Below, piece by piece: positions 24,575 to 35,261 of a DNA stretch of 41,644 bases. The DNA comes from Callorhinchus milii (Eukaryota), in NCBI RefSeq assembly GCF_018977255.1, contig NW_024705474.1:1-41644 (forward strand), in the 5' to 3' direction. The notes under the pieces are model-generated. The model was given only the letters and a program-made list of their open reading frames with translations, ran no database searches and was not told where the DNA came from. Numbering within the stretch: position 1 is the first letter of the stretch; each line of letters opens with the position of its first letter. The position numbers were made by a program, and so were the translations under genes.

Positions 24575-24893
24575 AAAATTAGAATTTATTTTTATTATTT
24601 ATATTATTTTAATTATTTATTTTACCGACGTGACTTTACCGTAAAAACCTAAGAGTGTGAATCCTTGCAGTCACGAAAGCTTCACATCTAGAAGCATAGC
24701 AGTGTTCATTGGAGCGCTGTCTTTCAGACAGCTGTCTTCACCTGCGAATGGCTGCTTGTGTTATGACCGAAACGTCGTGATACATTTATTTTATTATGTT
24801 TATTTTTATTATTTTATTATTTCCCTTTTACGTGACTTTACCGAAAGAACCAAGAAGAATCCCTGCAGTTACGAAAGCTTTAAATCGAAATTT
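24575..24893 (+). mobile_element. Two tandem Penelope-family terminal fragments, second with degenerate hammerhead
   Basis: Two CGTGACTTTACCG…CGAAAGCTT ends; CAC-CTGCGAA…GAAACGTC-GTG at ~24739-24779. Confidence 0.7.
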
Positions 24894-25044
24894 GACCTCA
24901 ACAACTCGGCTCAATTCAACACTCATGTCTGTGTGCTGTAATCTGTCAGTGTATTTACTTCAATAGGCCTTTGTTGATTGGCAGCTTTTGCAGCCGCGTC
25001 TCTACATAGGGGTTTTGTTTCTCTTGTAACTGTATTGTCTATAC

Positions 25045-27489
25045 CAGGGGTCCTCAAACTACGGCCCGCGGGCCACATGCGGCCCGCTGAGGACATTTAT
25101 CCGGCCCATGGTCACTAATTGGGCTGCGCTTGTGAGCACTAATTGGGCTGCGCTGGTGAGCACTCATTGGGCTGCGTGGTGGCACTGATTGGGCTGCGGG
25201 GGTGGGCGGTGGGCACTGATTGAGCTGCGGCGGTGGGCACTCATTGTGCCCACCGCACTGCGATCTGTGAACAAAACTGCAGGTGTAATTAACTTTTTAA
25301 TGGCACCCGCACCAGTGTGAGCCTGGGGTAAAAGCGGAGTTCCCCCAATCAGACTGCATTGATGGGCAGTGCAGTCTGTATGTCTCTGTGTGGGCAAAGT
25401 TATTGCTGGTATATTGTTTTTGTAGCGCTGTATATATATTGGTATTTTACTAATAGCAATTTTGACTCCCTAGGAAACAATGATGTCAAGAAAGAGAAAA
25501 ATTGACTCGGAGTGTAGGATATTCAAAGAACAGTGGACTTATGATTACTTTTTCATGCAGTACAAGGAAAGAGCTGTGTGTCTGATATGCCAGAATATAG
25601 TGTCTGTGTTCAAAGAATACAATTTACGTCGACACTATGAAACTCAACATAAAGATAAATATGATTGTTTGGTCGGAGAAGTGAGAAAAGATAAAATATT
25701 AAAACTGAAAAATACATTAACAACTCAGCAAAATACTTTTGTGAAGCAGAAGCAGCTAAATATTTCATCACTGCGAGCAAGTTTTCAAGTTGCCAAGCTA
25801 ATAGCGTGCACTGGCAGACCATTCGTGGAGGGAGAATTTGTTAAAGAATGCCTTCTTTCTGTTGCCAAAGAGATGTGTCCAGAGAAGGCCGATTTATTTA
25901 GTACAGTGAGTCTTTCAGGACCTACAATTACACGGAGGATTGAAGAAATGGGAGACAATTTGCATCAGCATTTGCAAAACTCCACAAAAAAACTTTCCTA
26001 TTTTTCCTTGGCACTCGACGAAAGCAATGATGTTCGTGATTCTGCACAACTTCTAATTTTTATTCGTGGGACGAATGACTATTTCGAAGTCACAGAAGAG
26101 CTTGCTGCACTGCAAAGCATCAAAGGAACAACTACAGGAGAGGATATCTATGAAAAGGTTTGCCAAACTGTGAATGGTTTGGAGCTGAACTGGGCTAAAC
26201 TAGCCAGTGTGACAACTGATGGTGCTCCTAGCATGGTGGGGTCTAAGAAAGGAGTAATTGCTCGCATTAACCAAGAGATGGACAAACATAACCATTCTCA
26301 TCCAATAGCCATACACTGCCTCATCCACCAACAAGCGCTGTGTAGTAAATCACTGAAGTGGGACTCTGTTATGAAAATTGTGGTATCTTGTGTTAACTTC
26401 ATTAGAGCTCATGCACTAAACCACAGACAATTTCAGGAATTTCTGTCTGAGCTAAATGTTGACTATGAAGATGTTCTGTACCACACAGAAGTCCGTTGGC
26501 TGAGTCGAGGGAGAGTTTTGAAACGTTTCTATGACTTACTTCCACAGATTACAGCTTTTCTGCTTTCAAAAAACAAAGAAGTACCAGAGCTCAATGATGC
26601 AGAATGGAAATGGCACCTTGCCTTTCTGACAGATGTAACAGAGCTACTCAACAGTTTCAATGTGCAACTTCAAGGAAAGGGGAAGCTCATCTGTGATATG
26701 CAATCACATGTCAAAGCATTTGAAGTAAAATTAGGCCTCCTCATCAAACAAGTGAAGGAGGAAAACTTCTGCCATCTCCCCACAACTCAAAATCTGTTAG
26801 CGGAAAAACCATTGGTTGCATTCCCAAACAAAACATGTGTGGATTCACTGGAAAAATTGCAAAAGGAGTTCCAATTTAGATTTAAAGAGCTTCATCTCCA
26901 TGAACAGGACATACAGCTTTTCCGTAACCCATTTTCTATTGACATTGAAAATGTGGATACAATTTACCAAATGGAACTGGCTGAACTGCAGAATTGTGAC
27001 TCTCTGAAAGACGCATTCAAGTCAAGCAGCCTTCATAATTTCTATGCATCTCTCCCCTCTGAGACATATCCTCATCTCAGGAACCATGCACTCAAAATGG
27101 CAACCATCTTTGGCAGCACTTATGTCTGTGAACAGACTTTTTCCAGAATGAAACATTTGAAATCTCCAACCAGATCTAGACTAACGGATGCACACTTGCA
27201 TCACTTGTTACGACTAGCAGTGACAAATATGGAACCGGACATTGACCATCTCATTAGCCAAAAGCAGGCCCATAGTTCCCATTGAAATACTGGCAAGTTT
27301 GTTGATTTAACTTTACTTGTTCTTCATTTTAAATATTGTATTTTTCCCGTTTTGTTTCTTCACTTCAAAATAAGATATATGCAGTGTGCATAGGAATTTG
27401 TTCATAGTTTTTTTTAACTATAGTCCGGCCCTCCAACGGTCTGAGGGACAGTGAACTGGCCCCCTGTTTAAAAAGTTTGAGGACCCCTG
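25045..27489 (+). mobile_element. Full-length, apparently autonomous hAT (Charlie-group; OposCharlie1/OC1-like by recall) transposon
   Basis: Perfect 16-bp TIR CAGGGGTCCTCAAACT; perfect 8-bp TSD GTCTATAC (25037-25044, 27490-27497); intact ORF. Confidence 0.97.
25480..27285 (+). CDS. hAT transposase, 601 aa (GTF2IRD2/SPIN-like family)
   Basis: Uninterrupted ORF; N-terminal CLIC…RHYETQH BED-like finger, LALDES, VTTDGA, HCLIH, EVRWLS, CEQTFS (DDE catalytic and dimerisation motifs). Confidence 0.96.
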   Translation: MMSRKRKIDSECRIFKEQWTYDYFFMQYKERAVCLICQNIVSVFKEYNLRRHYETQHKDKYDCLVGEVRKDKILKLKNTLTTQQNTFVKQKQLNISSLRASFQVAKLIACTGRPFVEGEFVKECLLSVAKEMCPEKADLFSTVSLSGPTITRRIEEMGDNLHQHLQNSTKKLSYFSLALDESNDVRDSAQLLIFIRGTNDYFEVTEELAALQSIKGTTTGEDIYEKVCQTVNGLELNWAKLASVTTDGAPSMVGSKKGVIARINQEMDKHNHSHPIAIHCLIHQQALCSKSLKWDSVMKIVVSCVNFIRAHALNHRQFQEFLSELNVDYEDVLYHTEVRWLSRGRVLKRFYDLLPQITAFLLSKNKEVPELNDAEWKWHLAFLTDVTELLNSFNVQLQGKGKLICDMQSHVKAFEVKLGLLIKQVKEENFCHLPTTQNLLAEKPLVAFPNKTCVDSLEKLQKEFQFRFKELHLHEQDIQLFRNPFSIDIENVDTIYQMELAELQNCDSLKDAFKSSSLHNFYASLPSETYPHLRNHALKMATIFGSTYVCEQTFSRMKHLKSPTRSRLTDAHLHHLLRLAVTNMEPDIDHLISQKQAHSSH

Positions 27490-27526
27490 GTCTATACTGT
27501 AATTAGATCCTTGTGGACGGAGGGAC

Positions 27527-27706
27527 CGAGGCGGTGGCACAGTATGAACCCAGCGAACGAGTTTGATTCCCGCTCACAGCCACCAACATCAGTGACGATT
27601 ATCCGCACGGTCTTGCCCTAGGTCGACTCAGCCTAAAATGAGTACCTTGGTTTCAGTGCGCAAACATCGCCATTAGGAATACAAATGTGGTCGGGCGTGG
27701 TGCTGA
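27527..27706 (+). mobile_element. tRNA-derived SINE
   Basis: Same head/body as other copies (TAGGTCGACTCAGCCTAAAATGAGTACC); inverted relative to the copy at 27830-28017. Confidence 0.7.
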
Positions 27707-27791
27707 ATGTTGCAGATATGTGATTTTAAAAAAATGTAAAAATAAAATAAAATACTAAAATAATTAACAAATGTGAAAATGAGATAATATA

Positions 27792-28374
27792 CTAGCTTTA
27801 CTACCCGGCTTCGCCCGGGACTTGGATTACCACGCCCGGCCGTCTTTTCTCCCCAGTGGCGATGTTCACACACCACACCAGTTACTCGTTTGAGGCTGAG
27901 TCGACCTGGGGAGGCCCTCGACCAGTTCTAATAATCGTCACCGGTGGTGGCCGTGAGCGGGAATCGAACTCGGGTCGTCGGGTTCGTAGCGCAGCGCGCT
28001 AACCACTACACTACCGCTCCCCCCACACACAAACGCGCACGTCCATAGGCACACACATACGCGCTTGCTGCAGACACACAACTTTAGGGTTGTTACGGCA
28101 GTAAACGACTCAAATAATAAACCAATGCTACGATAAGAAAGCCTTAGACCTGCAACACATTTGTATTTCACTTTAGCTGCGATCAGCAGGTACACTCCGC
28201 TGTTACGCTTCCGCACACGGGTATATGCAAAATGTATTTTCATAATTTTTGCATGGTGTACAGTCTGGAAAGTACTCACATGGCAAATTTTCAAGTTTGC
28301 TGCATGTCGGGAAGTACGCTAATCATTTTGGACACGCATATTCACAAATTTCCCTTTTGAAAAAAAGATAGAGA
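27792..28374 (-). mobile_element. Non-autonomous Helitron (583 bp) carrying a tRNA-SINE
   Basis: Minus strand A|TCTCTATC… …CCCGGGCGAAGCCGGG-TAGTAAAG-CTAG|T; inserted in AT with no TSD; removing it restores the TATA TSD of the adjacent solo LTR. Confidence 0.8.
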
Positions 28375-29380
28375 TGTAGTGTTTTCATTTCACACGGGCA
28401 ACTTCTTTTTCTCCTGTGTCACTTTATTCGAACAGAACTCCTCGCGTTCAACGCCACGTATCTCCGTAGCAACTCTTCCGCTTGCGCTGCTCGCCTGCTA
28501 CGCTCCGCTCACTCTCTCACTTTGCTAGCTAGCCTCTCCACTGATAGCCTATTACTATGCACTCTGCTAGCTTCTCCACTGCTAGCCTATTACTATACAC
28601 TCTGCTAGCTTCCCTACTGCTAGCCACATCACACTCACACTTAGGATTCCGCTAGCCTCTCTACTGCTAACCTTCACACACTCACACTTAGGATTCCGTT
28701 AGCCTCTCTACTGCAAGCATGTCTACCCTCACTCCGCCATCCTCGCCCTTGCCTCCAGCCAGGGATCAGCCAACACCGCTGGAGAGGACGAGGTGTGGAG
28801 AGCGAGGTCCCGGACTTCTCTTGAATTCTCTCGTCTTCACTCCAACCAACTCAACTGCGTTTAAACTTGATTTGAAGCTTTCGTGACTGCAGGAATTACT
28901 CTTTGGTTCTTTCGGTGAAAGTCGCGTAGAAAGAAAATAACTTAAATAATAAAGTACGACGTTTCGATTTCAACACAAGCAACCGTCATCAGGTAGCACT
29001 AAATTTGAGAGAGAGACAAAACACAGACACGGAGAGAGACACAACATAAACACACAGAGACCCAAAGAGTCAAGTGCGTTTCTCCGCACATCAGCTTATA
29101 TCCTCTAACAGTCTAACTCATTAAGAGACCTCAGGTGGCCCTCGTTGAGCTGTCGCTCACGAGGTGTTCCGCCACGCTTATTGCCTCCATCAGCCGCCTG
29201 CGAGGCGCCTACCCCGTATCTGCATTTGCAGCCAGCCAATCACCGCTATGCATCTTAATTGGTTGTCTCTCTTGTTGCTCTCCTTGTCTGCACCTGTTCG
29301 CCCTAACGTGACATCACTATCCCAGCTCACACACGCGTGCGCACTGTTTGCAAACCCCTGCACGCGTTAAACCCACTACA
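28375..29380 (-). mobile_element. Solo LTR
   Basis: TGTAGTG…CACTACA inverted termini; 4-bp TSD TATA (27788-27791 and 29381-29384 once the Helitron is removed); minus-strand AATAAA near 28423; internal CTAGCCT-type tandem repeats. Confidence 0.75.
28863..29069 (-). mobile_element. Short Penelope-type element with hammerhead motif, inserted in the solo LTR
   Basis: TSD TCAACTGCGTTT / TCAAGTGCGTTT (28851-28862, 29070-29081); TAC-CTGATGA…GAAACGTC-GTA at ~28955-28995. Confidence 0.82.
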
Positions 29381-31834
29381 TATACAACATAGCCACCCAC
29401 CCTCGTGTGCTGTGCTGGCCTTCAAAGGTGGTGCTGCTGCGTACTAACACAACTTTCCCCAACAATCTGTTAAGACTACACGGGGGATATTTGTCTTTGA
29501 TGCTCACTGTACGTCCGGGAAAGAGGCCAGGAGCACGCTCGCTGATTATTTACCGGAAAGAGCTATGGAGGGATGGGTGGATGGATATCTCTTTAACTGC
29601 ATTAAAACTGAGCAGCCGGAACATTGAATAAATGCACATGATGTCGTGCTTTTTTCAGCATCGCGTTCATTTCAAATAATAAATTAATATTGTACGTGTA
29701 TGTGTGTAATATGCTGTGTCTATTTAGTTTACACGGAGTAGGCTTTCGTGACAAATATCCATAAGAGGTTTTTTTGGGTTAGATCGCTTAAGTATAAATG
29801 TGTCGTTAAACCGACCACCTGTCACAGCCAATGAGTAAGGTTTGTCACGTAAACAAAACATGGCAATTGGTGACTAGTTCAGCACTCACCCGTTGTGGTG
29901 GAGATTAGACTGTATATTTGCGATCGTATATTCGCAGACCGTTTAAGCAATTCAATTGGTACTTTCCCCAACAGCCTGTTCAAGACTACATGGGAAGGAT
30001 ATTTGTCGGTGTAATCAATATCGGTGGGAACAGCTTGCAGGTGACAAAGGGGAGTTTTTGTCTTGTTTTGCGCAGTCAAACGTCATTGGGTGGTGGTGCC
30101 ATGCAGCCCACTGAGCTATGTAGCTCCTTTTCACAAGTGACCTTGAGCACACGAAATGATAGCTCAATGAAGTGGCTATCGTGTGGAAATACGAGCGCAT
30201 AGAGACCCATAGAACCCCATAGAGACCCATAGAGACCCATAAAGACGCATAGAGACTCCTATAAAATCCATACATGAAGATGCGCACATTACAGCGTACC
30301 CTCCGTTTTCTGTATTTAAATGGCAGCGATTGACGTTGTTTCGATGTTCGTCCTCGCACCTTTCAGGAACACATCCCCCACGTAAACCGGGTATTGCTGT
30401 TGATATTGCAGCACCATCGTTTTGGACAGCCTTGTTTCCTACCTTAGTATCGTAAAGCTTCCTTATAAAAAAAATATTCTGAAAAAGGGAGATTAGTGCT
30501 GGACACAACGACATTTGCAAATGTGATTTATAAACTTTGATCCTTACCCCTTGTATCGATAATTCAGTCTTAATGTGCCATTGTATTGAGGGACTGTGTT
30601 GTTGTCTTTGTGTGGTCTGGGACTGTTGCTGTTGTTGTTTTGCTGACTTGCTCAATATTCCATTTGGTGTTAAAACAGCGGCAGGAATTGATGTACTTAT
30701 GCAATTTGTACTCATATATTTTTTATTATATTTAGTGACTTGCTTACCTTCCCTATACTTTGCACTCCTATCGGCGTTTTTGTATTGTATTCATCGTAAC
30801 TTTCTGACCTACTGGACACCTGTGTGAAAAATAGCTTTATAGCTCATCGGATTCCACCTGCTGGAGTCGAAATAAATATTCTGAGTCTGTAAACCGTTAT
30901 GTAATCAATCAATGCCATTTGATTGTGTTACAGAAGCTTCTGTCAGGAGATGCCAAACTCTGATCTACCTCTACTTTCTCGTGTGTAAGTGCTTGCATCA
31001 CACCAAATGCAATGTTGGTCCCTTTCGCCGGACGTTGACCAACGTTGCATTGTTTACTGGACCCGAGCTGTCAGCTAGATTACGTTTTCTTAGTTCAATT
31101 TCTTTTTCCGTCTCATCTCAATATTACTAAACAGATCTGTTCGAGAATGTGTGAATTATTCTTAATTTGCCTATACATATGTTCATCACGTCAACACTTT
31201 TTTTTAAATATAAAAGCTACTTTTATTTCACCAGGTTAGGCTCACTGAGATATATATATAAATTATCTTTCAAAAGCGGCCTGGCTATCACAAATGATAG
31301 CTGAATGAAGTGGCTTATCGTTACATGGAAATGTATCGCAGCCAAATGCATGTTGACCACATCACCACGCCTTGTATCAAAGCATTCTAGTTTCCAGTCT
31401 AGACGGAGGCCACCCAGGCAGAATGAAAATCCAAATCTTTATTCATCCTGGAAGAATCGGATGAGCTATGAAGGTCTTTTTTTATAGATGTCCAGTAGGG
31501 GCATAGGGTCAGAAAGTTACAACAAACAATACACAAACATTGAGTGCATAGTATAAGAAAGCTAAGAAGATCATTAAATACAACTAAATAATATATACGA
31601 GTACAAATTGCATGAGTACATCGATTCCTCTTGCCTGGCACCTCCCTCTGATATTTGATAAGAGTGGGCTCGGTAATATATCTATGTGTGTGTTGATCTT
31701 CTTTCGCACTGTACGTAGCCAACCGTGCGAATCGGATGTGCCTCTTATCTGCCCTACACTTGCACTAAATAAAATCAAACTTAACAACGTGATTTATACC
31801 TTGCTATGTCTCTGTGGCTGATATGTAAATAATA

Positions 31835-32465
31835 TGATAATTATTTTTTTACCCTTTATCTGGCAACAAAACTGCCACCTTTTTTACGAGGAGTCATGTT
31901 TGCATAGACCACAATACCTGCAGTCATAATGCAAACAAAAAACATAACTCTGATAATGTATGCACTGTCCTTGAAGTTGATTGGTCCACACCCGAGACAG
32001 ATTTACTTAGAGCCTAGTCTCACATGGGTTGGACCAGATGACGTCAAAAGGCGCACAACTCAAAGACAATGCACCATCAGAGTATGAGAGCTCGGGTAAG
32101 CATTTACACAATTGGTACCTCATTTTCAGTAAAAAAATGTGATAATTGTTTTTTTACCCTTTATCTGGCAACAAAACTTACACCTTTTTTACGAGGAGTC
32201 ATGTTTGCAAGACCACAATACCTGCAGTCATAATGCAAACAAAAAAACATAACTCTGATAATGTATGCACTGTCCTTGAAGTTGATTGGTCCACACCCGA
32301 GACAGCTTTCCTTAGAGCCTAGTCTCACATGGGTTGGACCAAATGACGCCAAAAGGCGCACAACTCAAAGACAATGCACCATCTCTTATACTCTGATGGT
32401 GCATTTTCTTTGAGTTGTGCGTCTTTTGGCGTCATCTGGTCCAACTGAAAGCTGTCTCGGGTGTG
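31835..32465. repeat. ~305-bp-period tandem duplication ending in a fold-back inversion
   Basis: 31835-32090 repeats at 32140-32383; 32384-32465 is the reverse complement of parts of the unit. Confidence 0.88.
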
Positions 32466-34258
32466 CTCAACAGATGGCATCTCAGCCAGCCACTCATAGG
32501 GGGTGACTTTTTCTTCCAATATTTGAGACACCACAGCCTCGGCAGGGTCATCCCCACTTTGTGCCACGTTGTTTTCCAAGCTGAGGGATTTCCCCTCCCC
32601 CAGGACCTCACAGAAATGCGCAGCAAATCTGCGAACCTGTTCCTGGGGTCGGAGATTGGATCACCATTCTTTCCCCCATTTATCATAATAGGTGTGGCGT
32701 TGCAGGTTATTTTTTTGATAGAATTAAAGAGTGATGTTGGATCGCCATCTCCTCAGATACCCGCGACCACCAGCCATCCTTGCAGCGCCTCACTGCTCTC
32801 TGAACCTCCGAGCGAAGGCTGCAGTAAGCCTCCTCATTCTCCGACGTGTGATGCTGTAGCCGATGAGAATGGGCCTGTCCCTTTTTCTCAGCCAGCCTGA
32901 ACACCTCCTCTGTCAGCCAGGGTCTCTGGGGAGGTCTGGACCGTGTACCCAAAGCAGCCATTGCAGCTGTATGAGCCACAGTCCTAAACCTTACCCATTT
33001 CCTCTAGACATCAGGCAGGAGTGGGACGATGCCAACCCCAGCCGCAAGTGATGTTGAAATTCTCGCAACTTTCATCAGCTTGCTGAGACCATGCCACTAT
33101 GGGTTTGAATGGGGTCCTGGGTGTACACTCACCACCAGAGTGGAAGAATGGCAGGCACATCTTACAGATGACAAGTCGATGGTCAGTGGGCAGATCAGCT
33201 CCACGGTAGGTCCTGGTGTCAAGGACATGGGCCTGCATCCGCTGTTTCGTCACTATGTAGTCCAGCAGATGTTCTTGCTTGGATCCGGCATGCATCCATG
33301 ATGTTGTGTGGATGCGGCATTGCCGTGTTGGTAAGTACAAGCATATGGGCTTACAAAAATCTAGCAGCCCTCCTACCGTTGTTATTGAGCTGATCTGGCC
33401 CATGCCTTCCAATCACTTCTGACCAGGTGCTAGCATCATGACCAACTCAGGCATTGAAGTCACCCTACAAGATGACTCTATCCTGAGGGGCCACTTTAGC
33501 TAGCACCTGTGACAGGAGAACATAGAAGGCATCTGACTCATCGGCCTTGCCTGCATCCCTCCACAGATGTTTATCTTCAGTGGAGGCATAAGTAACCACG
33601 ACCACCACTCCTCGCCTCTGGTTTTGGGAAGGCGAGCCCATAGTAGCCTGGGGCTTACAGCTTCTCACACCTCACCGTCATGCTCCCACGCCCCCTTCAT
33701 TCTTTTGTTCAGAAGAAGAGCTACTCCCTGTTGTTTGGCAGTCTCCTGCCAAGGGTAGACAAACTATCCACTCCTCATGGCGGCAGGAGCTAGAGCCAGT
33801 CTACCGGACCACCTGAATACCACAGAGATCCAGGCAGTACGGGTCCAGCTCCCGACAGAGGAGTGGCAGCCTCTTCTCCGCAGTGAGCGTTCGAACATTC
33901 CACGTGGCCACCCGCAGTGGTTTTTGTTGTTTCTGGAGGAGCCCCGAGAGTAAGGATTCTGTCTCCTGGCTCCGCCAAATGGGGTTTGGCCAGGAGACGT
34001 CATAGGCGCCTCTACCCCCAGGGCCTCTGGCACAAGCTTATTAATTACATTTTTCAGTCGTGGTTTTGTGGTAATTAATTGAAGGTGGAGGGGTTACCAG
34101 CCCTTCGCACCCGTCCAGAGCCCCCATTTGGCCGCTGTGGTGGTTACAGACGCCATGAGGGGAATGGCCCATTTAAGTTGGCCTTCCCCCCATGGCACTG
34201 CCCACCATAGCATTGCCGTCCGGCACCACGAGGAGGTAGGGGGTTGTTTTTGCCGGAC
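32466..34258 (-). mobile_element. RTE-clade LINE, 5' half only (5' UTR + AP endonuclease), degenerate
   Basis: Colinear with 39437-41183; HLLDYIVT…RTYRGADLPTDHRLV endonuclease motifs. Confidence 0.88.
34121..34258 (-). ncRNA. HDV-like self-cleaving ribozyme at the RTE 5' end
   Basis: P1 GUCCGGC/GCCGGAC, P2 CCCCC/GGGGG, P3 ACC/GGU, L3 UCCUCGU, P1.1 CC/GG, long P4, J4/2 GCCAA. Confidence 0.85.
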
Positions 34259-34306
34259 ACCACGATGCCTCTTACCATCACTTGGCCAACGTGTCTTCTC
34301 TTGCAG

Positions 34307-34464
34307 GCGCCCGCTGTGAGGGGCTCTTCGAGGTGTGGGTGCAGCAGTGGGTGAGCGCTGCCACTGGGGAGACCGCCATCCTGCCGTGCAACTACACGTG
34401 CAATCAGAACAGTGAGCACTTCGAGTTTCACTGGCTACGAATATTGAATAGCAGCAAAGAGAAG
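34307..34464 (+). CDS. Internal exon of an immunoglobulin-superfamily gene: end of signal peptide + first half of a V-set domain
   Basis: Acceptor TCTTCTCTTGCAG|, donor AAG|GTGAGC, phase 1 to phase 0; peptide (G)ARCEGLFEVWVQQWVSAATGETAILPCNYTCNQNSEHFEFHWLRILNSSKEK with B-strand GxxxxLPC and C-strand W. Confidence 0.8.
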
Positions 34465-34589
34465 GTGAGCTTGGATAAACCCCATGGGCTATGATAAGGC
34501 TCTGTATTTTTTATTTTCCACGAATGTCCAGGAAAAGTTTGCACGGTGGACAGCGGGGAGTCAGAAAGTAACGACAGTAAACAAACAAA

Positions 34590-34910
34590 AAAACGATATC
34601 CATAATAGAGGTTTTTTGGTTAGATCGCGTGAATATAAATGTGTTGTTAAAGCCGCCACCACCCGACACAGCCAATCAGTAAGGTTTGCCACGTAAATAT
34701 AATGTCCCAATTCGCTACTAGTACAGCACAGCAGTATGTTTGAGAGTAAACCCACTACAACATTTACAATTCGAGTACTCTTACATTTCGCCAGTAATTA
34801 CAACAACCAGCCTCATCAGGCAACAAACAGAGTTGTTTAATGACACATTTATTTCCATGCAATCTAACCCAAAAACTTATTATGGATAATATCGATCGTG
34901 AAGCCTACGT
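34590..34910. mobile_element. Possible old MITE with inverted ends
   Basis: ATCCATAATAGAGGTTTTTTGGTTAGAT vs ATCTAACCCAAAAACTTATTATGGAT; related sequence at ~29740-29860; no TSD found. Confidence 0.4.
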
Positions 34911-35261
34911 GTTAAACTTAAACAACGATAGCAGTGCAAAGTATAGGAAAAGTTAAGAAAGTCACTGAATATAAAATAAATAACGTATACAAATTCATCA
35001 ATTAGGTGGCCACCATCACTGCCCCCTAGTTCCGCTCAGCCGTAAACGTGTGCTCCGCTCTTGCTGTGCATTATCAAACACTACGAGTGGGTCTTTCCCT
35101 GCTCGAGTGGGTCAACAAGTCAGGGTTTAATAAAAAAAATCATCGCAACGATGTCAACTTGAAACTCTGCAGTGCGACCATTGGACAGCATTCGCTCGTC
35201 ACCGTCTCAATGATCCGCACTACCAAAACATTATGTTATCTTATAATATACATAGTATATA

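Noticed and set aside
25480..27285. Host gene GTF2IRD2/ZBED/EPM2AIP1-like
   Set aside because: Bounded by perfect TIRs and TSD and has a decayed sibling in the window, so it is a transposase and not a domesticated gene.
29248..29310. Hydrophobic MHLNWLSLLLLSLSAP as signal peptide
   Set aside because: Lies inside the solo LTR and has no convincing phase-1 donor.
30176..30827. 179-aa and Cys-rich ORFs
   Set aside because: Low-complexity (TGT/GTT, ATAGAGACCC) sequence with no domain motifs or splice support.
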